In this document: one piece after another, positions 25,327 through 37,600 of the stretch
Layout of the letters: the number at the start of each line of letters is the position of its first letter
How positions within the stretch are numbered: the stretch's first letter is position 1
The notes under the pieces: generated by a model
The model's database searches: none
What the model was told of the DNA's origin: nothing
What the model saw: the letters and a program-made list of their open reading frames with translations, nothing else
Position numbers and translations under genes: made by a program
Assembly (NCBI GenBank): GCA_030704615.1
Contig: CM060733.1
Coordinates: forward strand, 74,710,001 to 74,774,000
Origin: Takakia lepidozioides
Lineage: Eukaryota; Plantae; Bryophyta
DNA: 64,000 bases
Reading direction: 5' to 3'

Positions 25327-26940
25327 AGGAACGAGACCGATTGGACAGGCACAGCTCATCAACCATTTCGAGCTCATGAGAAGGTTCCGAACTCCACATT
25401 TAAGAGTGCGCATTGCAAAGAACCACCACACTGCATGTCTGTTTGTAATGCCAAGCAGTTCTATGTGTTGCACCGTTTCCCTGACCTCACCCGAGCTTGC
25501 ATACACGTTGGTTCCCATTGTCACAAATTGGCGAGGGGGAACTCGCGGGAGGCTGCCCACGAGGCAGAGCAGCTCGTTCAGGAGGAGGTTAAGTTGAGAC
25601 CGGGTGCCAAACCCAAACAGATACAGCTCCAAGCCGCCCATAAGATGGCATTGGCCAGAATTATGTCGGAAGACGGCTCCGATAGAGTTCCTCTCGATGA
25701 GAAGGAAATGGAGGCATTGCTGGAGTCGGTGTCCCACGTATGTTCACCGAATGTCCGAAACCACATTGTCTCATGCAAACAGAAAATTGGGCGTGGCTCG
25801 GATATGCACTCCATTCTGAGGTGAAGCGACGATGTGGATATGACTACATTCATGGAAGTAGGTTTCCATGACAAGGGACTGAGGCAGATCGTTGTTTCGT
25901 ATTCAAAATGTCCACGTGTGGACCTGGCAGCGGCGTCGAACTGGTCGACAGGATGACGAGTGGGGACTTGTCAAACAGTTGGGTCATGTTCGACCATATC
26001 AAGCGAATTACAAATCACCAATGGGTGCACATGTCTACGACACCCACTGCAGGATGCTAATGACAATTGCTATTTGTGAGATGAAAGGAGAGGATACACA
26101 ATCGGAGATGCTTCTTTGGCAGGGAATAAACGAACAGATGGCCAAGGCGGGATTTCCCCCTCCCAATTTCCGTGGTTTCATGGCGGACAACGCACAAGCA
26201 AATTGGGCTGCCATCCGAAGGGTGTACGGGCAAGACCCCAATGTTCCCATGGAAGGCAAGGAGAGATCTTGTGGGTTCCATTTTCTGCAGAGCCTTTCGC
26301 AGTACACAACCAGGCTCGTGGCGCCAGATTTCAGAGAGGAGCACCGTTTCTCTTTTTTGGGCCGAAAACTGGCTAAGTCCCAACATGCACTGGTACCGTG
26401 TCTGGAAAAATGGCGCCGAATTTCTTTTTTTTGGGCAGAAAACTGGCTAAGTCCCAACATGCACTGGTATAATGTCTGGAAAAATGGAGCCAAATTTCCC
26501 TATTTTGCGCCGAAAACTGGCTAAGTCCGAACATGCACTAGAAAAATGGCGCTGAATTACCTGTCATGAGGGGACCTATAGCCGCGGAATTCGGCACCAT
26601 TTTTCGCCAGAGAGACCTATTACCGTGAAATACGTCGCCGTTTTTTCAGGTTACGGAGCCTATTACCGCGAAATTCGGCGCCATATTTGCAGATGTCGCT
26701 GGGAATTGGCATGAGCGGAAGACGAAATATCATGAGCACAACTGTCAAAACTACAATTTTCCCTTCAAGGGGCCGAATAATATATTTGTTTTTCCTGACA
26801 CATTGCATTAAATTATTGTTTTTTTATTGTTTTTTATTTTTGAAATTTGTACTTCTGCTCATGAAAACCGATTGTCTTACTACTCTGCTCATGCCGCTCA
26901 TGCCGCTCATGCCGCTCATGCTCATGAAATAGCTAACCTC
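25327..26940 (+). mobile_element. MULE-like element copy 1, left-hand half (transposase middle, internal deletion, subterminal repeats, TIR)
   Basis: RNETDWTG...GFMADN...CGFHF; ends GCTCATGAAATAGCTAACCTC followed by actgacaag (reverse complement of cttgtcagt). Confidence 0.87.
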
Positions 26941-27731
26941 ACTGACAAGTGCTGGCCCCCTTGCTGGTGCTGGTCCTTGAGGACCTGTGGTAGTTGTGGT
27001 GTCGCGGCCCTTTGCCTTGAGGGCAGGGGGTCGGGACACCTGAGGGGCTGCCCCTATGGTGGGGGCAGCGGCAGCGATAGGTATGGGGGGGCTGAAGCAC
27101 CCTTGAGTGCCCAAGGCACTCAAGGAGGCGGAGGCGCTCACTAGGTGGAGCCCCGCACACCGGGTTGCGGTGGGGGTGGCTCCACAAGGGGTGGTGGTAG
27201 CTTAGCGGGACTTAGTGGGGGTGGCATAGGACTCACCATGGGGGCGGAGACCTCGTGGTGGGAGTCGTGGGGAGTCTTGGGACTCATCACGGTCCAGAGG
27301 GGCCGTGGTGAGTGGGCCAAGACTCACCGCGACTCATCACCGGGAGTCAGGGTTTTCGTGGTGGTTCGCCATAAAATGGCATGGCTGGTTGTGAAACCCC
27401 CGCGGACAGCTACAGAAGTATATATAAGGGGAGTAGTGACCCCGAGAACGGTGCAAGCCCGTTGGTGACCAAAAACCAGTGAGTAAGCGAGCGAGCCGGA
27501 AAGCGACCAAAGAGTGGGGAGTTGTTCCGGACTGCCATCTACCAAAGGGAATTCTCCTAGGCCCAAATAGGTGGAGGGTTTAGTGGGAAGCGAAGGGGGG
27601 ACCGTTATGTCCCGGTGAGCAGCCCAAGCTCCAAGTTGGCCCGGGCGGCCAGGTTGGGAGTCAGGCGCGCGCATCGGAGCGAGTAACTATGACTTGAAGG
27701 GGAGCTTACCGAAGTGAGGTGCGCAACACTT

Positions 27732-27743
27732 GGTATCAGAGCT
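27732..27743 (+). promoter_or_regulatory. Primer-binding site (tRNA-iMet)
   Basis: TGGTATCAGAGC three bases after ...CGCAACA. Confidence 0.92.
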
Positions 27744-27783
27744 TAGAGTTCAGTACGCGATCGTCCTTGGGATTGGCCTCATC

Positions 27784-30700
27784 ATGGGGTCGGGCAAGCC
27801 AAAGCGAAAGCGGAACGGCCCAAAAGATGATGATCCTGGTGAGCCCGATGGGGGCGACGTGTCACCGAAGCGGCCGTTTGAGGAAGCGACGCAGGTTTCT
27901 GAAAGCGAGGCCGCTCAAGAGCGGGAGGAATCCGAGGAGTCGGAGCCCGAGGAATCCGTGAGAGCTCCGACCGACCAACAGATGCCTCCCATGCCGGCAG
28001 CCTTTTGGGAAGGGTTGTTGGCGCAGTTTGGCGGGACGTTGAAAGACGTGTTGAAGGCGGCTAATGCCACTTCCACTAAGGCAAAGTTTAAAGTGAAGCC
28101 TAAGGAACCCGACACCTTCGAGGGCGTCCGAAATCGGAAGGCACTCAACACCTGGCTCCTGGAGCTAGAGCAGTACTTCCGGGCGGCCAAGTTGAGTGAC
28201 GAGGATCGGGTGGAAGTGGCTCCCACCTATTTGAGGGGCTATGCTCAACAATGGTGGCAGAAACGCCTTCACGACCGAGGCCCAAGCCCGGAAACCTTGA
28301 ACTAGAATGGGTTCAAGGAATTGATGAAGAGACAGTTTGTGCCCCTCAATGCGTCCTGGCTTGCCCGGGACAAGATGAGGAATTTGAAGCAAACAGATGA
28401 CATTCGGGGATATGTCCAGGCTTTCAATGTGCTGTTGCTCGAAGTCGCGGATATGGCGGAACCAGAAATGGTCTTCAACTTTGTGGCGGGGTTGGCCCCA
28501 TGGGCCAGGCGGAAGTTGGAGGAGAAGCCACCTAAGACTTTGAACGAGGCAATTGAGAGGGCTGAATGTTTCTCAGATGTCCCTAGGGGTGAAAGACAAG
28601 GCCGTACGGAGCTGAACCACAAGAAGACCCGGCGGGAAGGTGACTCCTTCCGACCGGAAAAGAAGTGGGATAGGCCACGCGGCGACAACAGCATGTGGAA
28701 ATCGAAGGGAGGGCCATCACAAGTCAAGGCGGCACCCGGTGCTTCAAAAGGAAAAGCGGGTGGAGCGGCCTATGGCGGACAGAAGGCAACCTTTGATGGA
28801 GTGCGTTTCAATTGTGGGGAGCCCGGGCACATGGCCAAGAAGTGCACGAAGCCGCGACAATTGAACATGACTCGGGCGACCACAGAACTGTCGGAAGATA
28901 CCATCAGTCGCTTGGTGGAAGCGGTGGTCGCCAGGACTTGCAAGGTAGGCAAATATTCTTGTGAGTTGTATCAGGAAACTGGCGCATTACGTAAAGGGAG
29001 TCACTTATTGTTCGTGGATGGGATAATATCCGGAACTAACGTGTCATTGTTAGTGGACACAGGAGCGTCGCACTCCTTCATGACACCGGCAACGGCACAA
29101 AAGCTGGGACTCCCGACAACTGACGTAGGGGCCTCTATTGAGGTGCGTTCTGCCAAAGGAGAACCACAATTGGCGACGAGGTTGACGTTCGATGTTCCTC
29201 TTCAACTGGGGAGTTGGGAGGGACGTGAGAACTTCACCGTTTGCGAGATCGATGGAGTGGATCTCATTTTGGGGATGACCTTTTTGAGCAAATCCGGAGC
29301 GGTCATAGATGGCCGCAAGAGGGTAGTCACGCTGCCATGTTGGAATGGTGGCGAGGTCTTACGAGTTTCGGAAACGCCCAAACCCGTGGGAGGGCGAATA
29401 AACCTTCTATCAGCAAGGGAGTGGGCCGTAGAGGAGGCACACGAGCCCCAGTTTTTGCTCTACATTAGAGAAGTGAAGGGAGAAGGCGATGGAGAGCCGA
29501 GCCCAGATTGGATCAAGGGGATTTTGGAGAAATACCATGATGTGATGCCGGAGGATTTGCCAAGCGGCTTGCCACCGCGAAGAGGAGTTGACCACAAGAT
29601 TGAGGTGATACCGGGATTGGAACCGCCTACCAAGGCGCCCTACCGGTTGAGCCACAGAGAGTTGGTCGAGCTGAAGACTCAGCTCAAAGATCTAATGTCA
29701 AAGGGGTACATCCGGCCGAGTAAGTCACCTTACGGAGCCCCGGTGCTATTTGCAGATAAAAAGGATGGGACGCTGCGGATGTGTGTCGACTACAGGGCTC
29801 TGAATAAGGTGACTATCAAAAACCGGTACCCTTTGCCAAGGATCGACGACCTTTTCGATCGGTTGGCAGGAGCGAAGTATTTCAGCCGGATCGATCTGCG
29901 CTCCGGCTATCATCAAATTCGAGTGGCGGAAGGAGATGAGGAGAAGACCACGTGCAGGACAAGGTATGGTTCATACGAGTTTTTGGTGATGTCTTTTGGG
30001 CTCACCAATGCACCCGCGACCTTTAGCACGCTAATGAACAGCCTTTTTCAGGAGTGGTTGGATGACTTTGTGATCGTGTACATCGACGACATCTTGGTGT
30101 ACTCGAAAACAAAGGAGGAGCACTTGGAGCACCTCAAAAGGGTATTCCAAAAATTGCGGGAAGGGAAGCTGTACGCCAAAGCTTCAAAGTGCGAATTCGG
30201 GGTCACGAAAGTGGAGTTCTTGGGGCATGTGATTACACAGGATGGGATCAAAATGGATGACAGAAAGGTGAGGGCGATCTTGGACTGGGAGCCTCCGACT
30301 TCGGTCCCGGGAGTGCGATCCTTCCTAGGACTCGCCTCCTATTACCGGAAGTATGTGAGAAATTTTGCCAAGATCGCGGGGCCGCTGTCCGACCTTCTGT
30401 GTAAATCCAAAGTCTGGGCATGGAACACTTTTTGTGGCCAAGCTTTTGCTGAATTGAAGCAGCGGATGGCGGAAGCTCCAGTCTTGAAAATCCCCGAGTT
30501 CGATCGTCCGTTTGAGATTCATACAGATGCATCGGACTTCGCGATTGGGGGTGTACTTATGCAAGATGGACGTCCAGTGGCTTACGAAAGTAAGAAACTG
30601 AATGAAGTGGAGCGACGGTGGCCGACGCACGAAAAAGAGATAAAGGCGGTGGTGCATTGCCTTGAGCTCTGGCGCCACTATGTTGGTTCCAACCCAGTGA

Positions 30701-31873
30701 AGGTGTTCACGGACAATGTCACGGTGAAGTATTTTGCCACGCAGCCCAAGTTGTCCCCAAAACAACTTAGGTGGCAAGATACTTTGGCAGTGTTCGACGT
30801 GGATATCTAGTACAAACCGGGACGAGACAACGTGGTAGCCGATGCTTTAAGAAGAAAGCAGCAGCTCTTGTTGGTGCACAGGGGCGAGACGGCGCTCCAA
30901 AGGAAGATCCGGAAGGCTTGCCGGAAGGATGAGCTTGCGAAGTCCGTGATGCATGACTTGAGGATGGGGGTTAAATCGCAGTTCCACTTGCAAAATGGAC
31001 TGCTCCGGTATAAGCAAAAGCGTCTCTACGTGCCGAAGGGAGGGATCAGGGATAGTCTCTTGAGAGAATGCCATGATAGCCCGCTTGTGGGCCACGGCGG
31101 AGCCAAGCGCACTGCGGCACTCTTGAAGAAAGAGTATTTCTGGCCCAAACTGAGGGAGGAGGCAGAGGAGTATGTCAAGACATGCACCACATGCCAACAA
31201 AACCGGAGCGAGTACAAAAAGCAAGCGGGGCTGTTACAACCCTTGCCAATTCCAGAGGGGACTTGGGAAAGCGTCTCGATGGATTTCATGACTGCTATGC
31301 CGCTGTCAAAAGGATTCGATGCAATCATGGTGGTGGTGGATAGGTTCAGTAAAATGGGCCATTTCATCCCCACCAAGGAGACGACAACGGCGTAGGAGAC
31401 AGGGCGACTTTACTTCGCCCACGTCTTAAAGCATCATGGAGTCCCGAAGGATATTGTCTCGGACCGCGATCCAAAGTTTACGAGTAAATTTTGGAGGGCA
31501 CTTTGGAAGAAGATGGGGACGAGGCTGAAGATGAGCACCGCCTTCCGACCTACGACTGCCGGCAAACAGCAAGGTGCACCCAGTATTCCATGTCTCCCTT
31601 TTGAAGCCTTACTTCAAAGATGAAATGCGTCCGAATCGGCATCAAGTGTTGCGTCCGCCACCTATGCTGTTGGATCATGAAAATGAACCTGAGTACGAGG
31701 TGGAGGCAATACTTAAGTCGAGGAGGTTCAAGAACGGAGAAATGGAGTATCTTGTCAAATGGAAGGGCTATCATCATGTGGAGGCATCTTGGGTGCGTGC
31801 CTCAGAAATGGGAAAGGCATCCGAGGCGGTTGCAGCTTTCGAAGGGCAACCTCAAAAGCGGAAGAAACGTTGA
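27784..31873 (+). pseudogene. gag-pol with C-terminal chromodomain, family D
   Basis: ORFs 27730-28305, 28321-30810, 30832-31395 share a frame broken by TAG stops; YEVEAIL..YLVKWKGY..ASW at 31693-31795. Confidence 0.92.
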
Positions 31874-32707
31874 TGGGGACATCAACCTTGGAGCGTGGGG
31901 GAGGAAATGCATGCTTAGCCCGGCTTAGCTAGCTTAGGAATCCGATTACAAAAACTTGTATTGTACAAAAATTTGTTATAAAGGAAATGGGTTCCAAATG
32001 TTGTGCGTCCTATTTTGTTTGGAATGGTGATGCATGGTATGGTTGGCTAGTGTGTAGAATGCATGCTAGCTTATAAAAGTGGGAGAGGTAAATTGGGTTA
32101 ATCGTGTGTTTGCGTAGTGCCGAAATCAGGTGACCCCCATCCAAGGGGCAAGGAAACTTGCGACTTCTTTGGGAGTTCACATGCTAGTGCGCACCTGGCG
32201 CGTGCGCGTACTATAATTGCGCTACCGAGGGGGTTGCCTTGTAGTGCGGGCTAACGCGGAAGCTACGTGCTTCCGTTCACGTACTATAATCGTGTAGCCT
32301 CGGGACGAAGTCGTAGTGCGGCTTCGGCGTGTTCCCGTACCTCAGGCCAGCATTCCAAGGCGGACCCAATTGTAGTGATTGGGGCGCACGGTTGGTTCAA
32401 GGTTATTTTCCTAGTCAAAGAGGGTTCCAGGGAACCCTTGCTCAAGGTGATGCCAAAAGCGGCATCATGAGCGATCGCAAGCAATGTTGTTGCAGTAAGG
32501 CGATTCGATCCTCGGGGAGGATCGTTCCTTGGCCTTGAAGTAGGCCAAGAAGAGTGCACTGGGAGGAGCTGGAGAGGCTCCACCCTTGGCCGGGACTTGG
32601 AGGAAGTCGGCCGAACTAGCTAGTGGAGAGTAGAGTCAAGTGTGGGGTTTGGTTCTTTGCCATGGGATGCCATGGTACGGAAACAAACTCCTTGATGTGG
32701 GACGCCA

Positions 32708-33687
32708 TGGAACTTCCACCAAGTGCTGGCCCCTGAGCACTCCCTGCTACTGGCCCCACTATATTCAGAGTATTCCTAGCTCCAGTTACACTACTTCCCA
32801 CACTCCCTGTCCCCCCAGAGCCAGATCCAGGCTGCCCGCCTGATCCCCCTGAGCCGACACCTTCGTTGGCCTGTGATCCAAGTGCTCCACTCGATCCAGG
32901 TCCAACGGGTTGGGATGTCCTGGTTGTAGTCTCAACCTCAGCTGTTGGGTCTACTTCTTCATACTCTTCCTCTTCCAATTTCTTCTCTCTGTTTTCATCT
33001 TCCAAGTTCTGCCCTTGGGTTTCTTCTTCTTCACTCATGTAACTCAATTGCAATGGCGTTGGAGAGTCTGAACTATCTGTTGGCTCTGCCACATCCTCTC
33101 CTCCTTCTTCATCTTGTGTTTCAGAAACTGGAATTCCTGCTTTTGGTGTTCCATGCCAACTCTTATCAAAGATTTATGTCAAATCTTTTATCCAGGGATG
33201 TACCTCAGATCTTTCACCTCGTGGTTGATCTTCTTCCTGTACCAATTCCCTTAATCTTTCTTGCAAAGAAAAAAAAGGAGTGGCATCCAACTCTAATTCT
33301 TCCGGTATGGGTGATGTACTCTTTGATCTTAATGGTGTGAGAGGTCCAGATGATTCCCCTATATCTATTCCTCTCTCCCAAAGATATGGATAATTAGCTT
33401 TTAGATAACTTTATCTTTTTGCTGAATATCTCTGGAGTCTAGCTTCTCTTTCATCACTCATGTCCCATGTCTTTCATTTCTTTAATGTGGCAATAACCAA
33501 AACTCTCTTCTGTAGTATCTCTCGTATATGCCTGGGTTTTTCAAGCTTCCATGCACCTTGGCTATACTAGAAGTCTTCGTTACCATATAACCATATGGCA
33601 AACAAGTCTGAAAAGCTGTTCTTGGTGTGAGTTTGATCCACAGAATATCCTTTGGAATCCAATTCTTTACCAGTACAAGCTCCTCAT
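32708..33687 (-). mobile_element. Family-B Gypsy 5' internal/gag fragment (continues at 26941-26999)
   Basis: Reverse complement of ~35046-36020. Confidence 0.88.
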
Positions 33688-34666
33688 TGTTAGAGGGCTG
33701 CTTGGGGCTTAGACGCTTTTACGGGTTCTGTGGGGTACCCTTAATTTTTGCGCAGACTCAGACCAACAGGAGCCTTAGGGGTGGCAGCAGCAGGCTTCCA
33801 CACAGCTTCACACAGCCAGTCACAGCCCGCCACAGTTTCGCACAGCTTCACACAGCTTGTCAGAGCCAGTCACAGCTGCCACAGCTTCGCAAAGCCTGTC
33901 ACAGCCAGTCACAGCCGCCACAGCTTTGCACAGCCCGACACAGCCCGACACAGCCTGACACAGCCAGTCACAGCCCGACACAGCTTTACACAACCAGTCA
34001 CAGCTCGGCACAGCTTGACACACCCTGTCACAGTACATGGGAACAGTTATCATTGACAGGGAACGACTGTGTGGGAACGACATCTGCAGAGGGATCGTGT
34101 TACTTCAGGGGTGACAGTTAGTTAGTTAGGTGGTTAGAACAGCTTGCGGGTAGATTAGGCAGAGCGGCAACAGGAAGGGGAGCACTTCACGGGGGAGCGC
34201 TTCTGGTGAAGTGAGGAGAGGAGATCAGGCGGAGAGCAAGAACAAGAGCACGGAGAAGGAGGAGAGATGAACAGTAGATGCTTGTTACATGCAAAGCTGT
34301 AGTGAAACTGTAGGGCAGATTAGAGTCACCATGGCATTGGTCTGATATCTGATAAATCATAATCTGATACTTATTCGATACAATCACACTGTGTAGAGAG
34401 ACATGAGTGAAGCTGTGGAATGAATGCATGATTAACTGGAACTTAGTAGATACTGAAGCAATATGATGCTTCAGTATACATGGTAAGGTAAATTGAAAAC
34501 ATGAAGGCGAGAAGGAATACAAATAGGAAGCACAACCATGATTCACTAGCTGCAGGTCATGACTGATTGTTCTGAGCGGGCTGAGTGCTTAGAGATATCC
34601 AACTCTTCTATCTTGGAGTTTCCACCTTGGATAGCGAAGAGATGGGTGAGTAAAAGCCGCTCGACA
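33688..34666 (+). repeat. 5' LTR of family B (~980 bp) containing a 10-bp CACAGC array (33798-34035)
   Basis: TGTTAGAG...CTCGACA; 3' half matches 1-526. Confidence 0.75.
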
Positions 34667-37600
34667 TTTGGGGACCATACTGGGGAACTGGGTCATGAAC
34701 AACCAGATGTGACGAGCATCTGGTGGGATCATGGTGGTTGGAGAATTAAAGAATTTGATGTGAATCAAATTCCTTGTGAAACTGAGAAGGAAAGATTGTC
34801 CAAACAATTCTTTCAGAGGTTCTTGGAATTGCCAGACGGTTGTAAAGAAAACATTCTTAAGAGAGTGCATGATGCTGACCCTGAGTGGGGTCTGGAGAAA
34901 GGAGTGATAAAGATTTATCACGTGCCTGTAGAGGAAGAGCACGTTGGTTACCAACACTGGTTTATGTGATAGCATTGCTATCCATTAAGCGAGTAGAGTT
35001 TGAAGGCTGGGAGGAAATGAAGGTGAATGTTTATACTCATATGCATGAGGAGCTTGTTCTGGTAAAGAATTGGATTCCAAAGGATATTCTGTGGATCAAA
35101 CTCACACCAAGAACAGCTTTTCAGACTTGTTTGTCATATGGTTATATGGTAACGGAGACTTCTAGTATAGCCAAGGGTGCATTGAAGCTTGAAAGAAACC
35201 CAAGCATATACGAGAGATACTACAGAAGAGAGTTTTGGTTATTGCCGCATTAAAGAAATGAAAGACATGGGACATGAGTGATGAAAGAGAAGCTAGACTC
35301 CAGAGATATTCAGCAAAAAGAGAAAGTTATCTGAAAGCTAATTATCCATATCTTTGGGAGAGAGAATAGACATAGGGGAATCATCTGGACCTCTCACACC
35401 ATTAAGATCAGAGAGTACATCACCCCTACCGGAAGAATTAGAGTTGGATGCCACTCCTTCTTTTTCTTTGCAAGAAAGATTAAGGGAATTGGTACAGGAA
35501 GAAGATCAACCACGAGGTGAAAGATCTGAGGTACATCCTTGGATAAAAGCTTTGACAGAAATCTTTGATAAGAGTTGGCATGGAACACCAAAAGCAGGAA
35601 CTCCAGTTTCTGAGACGGAAGACAAAGAAGGAGGAGAGGATGTGGCAGAGCCAATGGAGAGTTCAGACTCTCCAACACCATTGCAGTTGAGTTACATGAG
35701 TGAAGAAGAAACACAAGGGCAGAACTTGGAGGATGAAAACATAGAGAAGAAATTGGAAGAGGAAGAGTATGAAGAAGTAGACCCAACAGCTGAGGTTGAG
35801 ACTACAACCAGGACATCCCAACCCGTTGGACCTGGATCAAGTGGAGCACTTGGATCACAGGCCAACGACGGTGTTGGCTCAGGGGGATCAGGCGGGCTGC
35901 CTGGATCTGGCTCTGGGGGGACAGGGAGTGTGGGAAGTAGTGCAACTGGAGCAGGAATACTGTGAATATAGTGGGGCAATAGCAGGGAGTGCTCAGGGCC
36001 ACCACTTGGTGGAAGTTCCACCACAACTACAACAGGTCCTCAAGGACCAGCACCAGCAAGGGGGCCAGCACCTGTAAGTGGGCAGGGGGTAGGGCCACAG
36101 ATGGCGTTACAACCAACACGGGCAAAACCACCTTTTCCAATATATTTAGGAAAAGGGGATCCTGATGTACACATTAGCCAATTTGAGCACATGTGTATTG
36201 TGAACAATGAGAATGGCGATGATGCCAAGATGAGACTGTTTCCTTGTTCACTTATAAAGAAAGCAAGTGAATGGTATGCAAGATTCCCTAATATCATTTC
36301 CTAACCTGGAATGGCTTGAATACAACATTCCGAAATAGGTTCAGGACAAGTAAAACTGAGGATGAAGTGTATGGAAGTTTACAACAGTTAAAGCAAAAGA
36401 AGCATGAAACTGTTGAGGAGTATATGGAAAAGATGGAATTGATGATGAAAAAATTGGCTGCTGTACCAGCACCAGGTATACAGAAGACTTGGTTTGTCAG
36501 TGGACTAAGACCAAAGATGCAAAAGAAAGTGGATATGTTACCCCATAATACGATGGAGGAGGCATTTGAAACAGCGAACAGAATTGAGCAATTGGGAATG
36601 CTCAGGAGAGAAAAAAGGGATGATGAGGACTCTGAGGATGAGTCAGATGAGGAAGAAAAGCAAGAGCTGAAAAGGAAGAGTAAGAGGAAGGAAAAGTTGA
36701 AGAGGGATAACTATGAGAAAAGATTAGAAGAAATCTTGAAGAAGTATGCCACAGAGGCTGCAACACATTGGAGAAAGGGTGTTTGGTGTGCAAAGTGCCA
36801 GAATGAAGGCCATACCACCACTGAATGCCACATGAAGGAGAAACACTGTACTATCTGTAAAATGGATAACCATTCTATTGAGAATTGTTACTACAACAGA
36901 AGGACAGCAGCTAGAGAACCTAGGCAAGTAAGGGTGCATCAAGTGCAGCCCCAGCCAAGAAGAAACAGTGATCAGGACCACTATGGTAGGCCTGGTGGTT
37001 ATAACAATGGTATGGAAGGGAGAGGTAATCCAAGAGGGAATTACCAAGGAAATTCCAGAAGCAACTATCAGGGTAATCCAAGGGGAATTACCAGCCAGGG
37101 AATCAGGATTACAGAAATAATCCTAGAGCAGACCAAGGGCGAGGACCCAATGGTGAAGAACTGTGTTACTATTGTAATCAGGCAGGACATCGCAAGGCAG
37201 CATGTACATTCTGGATTAGACACCAGAATGAGATGGGAGCTCCTGTGAATGAGGGCCCAGTGGTGGCAGCTCACATGGTTAGGCCATGTGTTGTACCAGA
37301 AGTGAGTACGATGATAGTAACCAGAAGCAAAGCTAAATTAATACCTCCAGTAGATGAGGAAGAAGATGATAATGAAGATGGCAGTGATGTGCCTGAAGAT
37401 GATGAGGCTTGGAGAGATGAGAAGGAACTGCACAAGGAAGTGACAGATACCATAAGGGAAATGCAGAAGAGTACTGATATTCCTATGGCAGATTCCTCTG
37501 ATTCTGAAAGAGAAGAGGAAGTGAGTGAGGATGAAGGGAAGAAAGAAGTTGCAGAAATGCAAAGTAATGAAGGAACTTTGGCTGAAGTAATATGCCAATC

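Larger units (their letters stand above)
27000..32707 (+). mobile_element. Chromovirus-type Ty3/Gypsy element (family D)
   Basis: PBS TGGTATCAGAGC, gag, LVDTGA protease, RT (YIDD), RH (HTDAS), integrase HHCC and SMDF/SDRD, chromodomain; a few premature stops and an integrase deletion near 31550. Confidence 0.95.

Noticed and set aside
34667-34690. Assigning a tRNA to the family-B primer-binding site (tttggggaccatactgggga)
   Set aside because: The position fits, but I cannot match it confidently to a tRNA 3' end.
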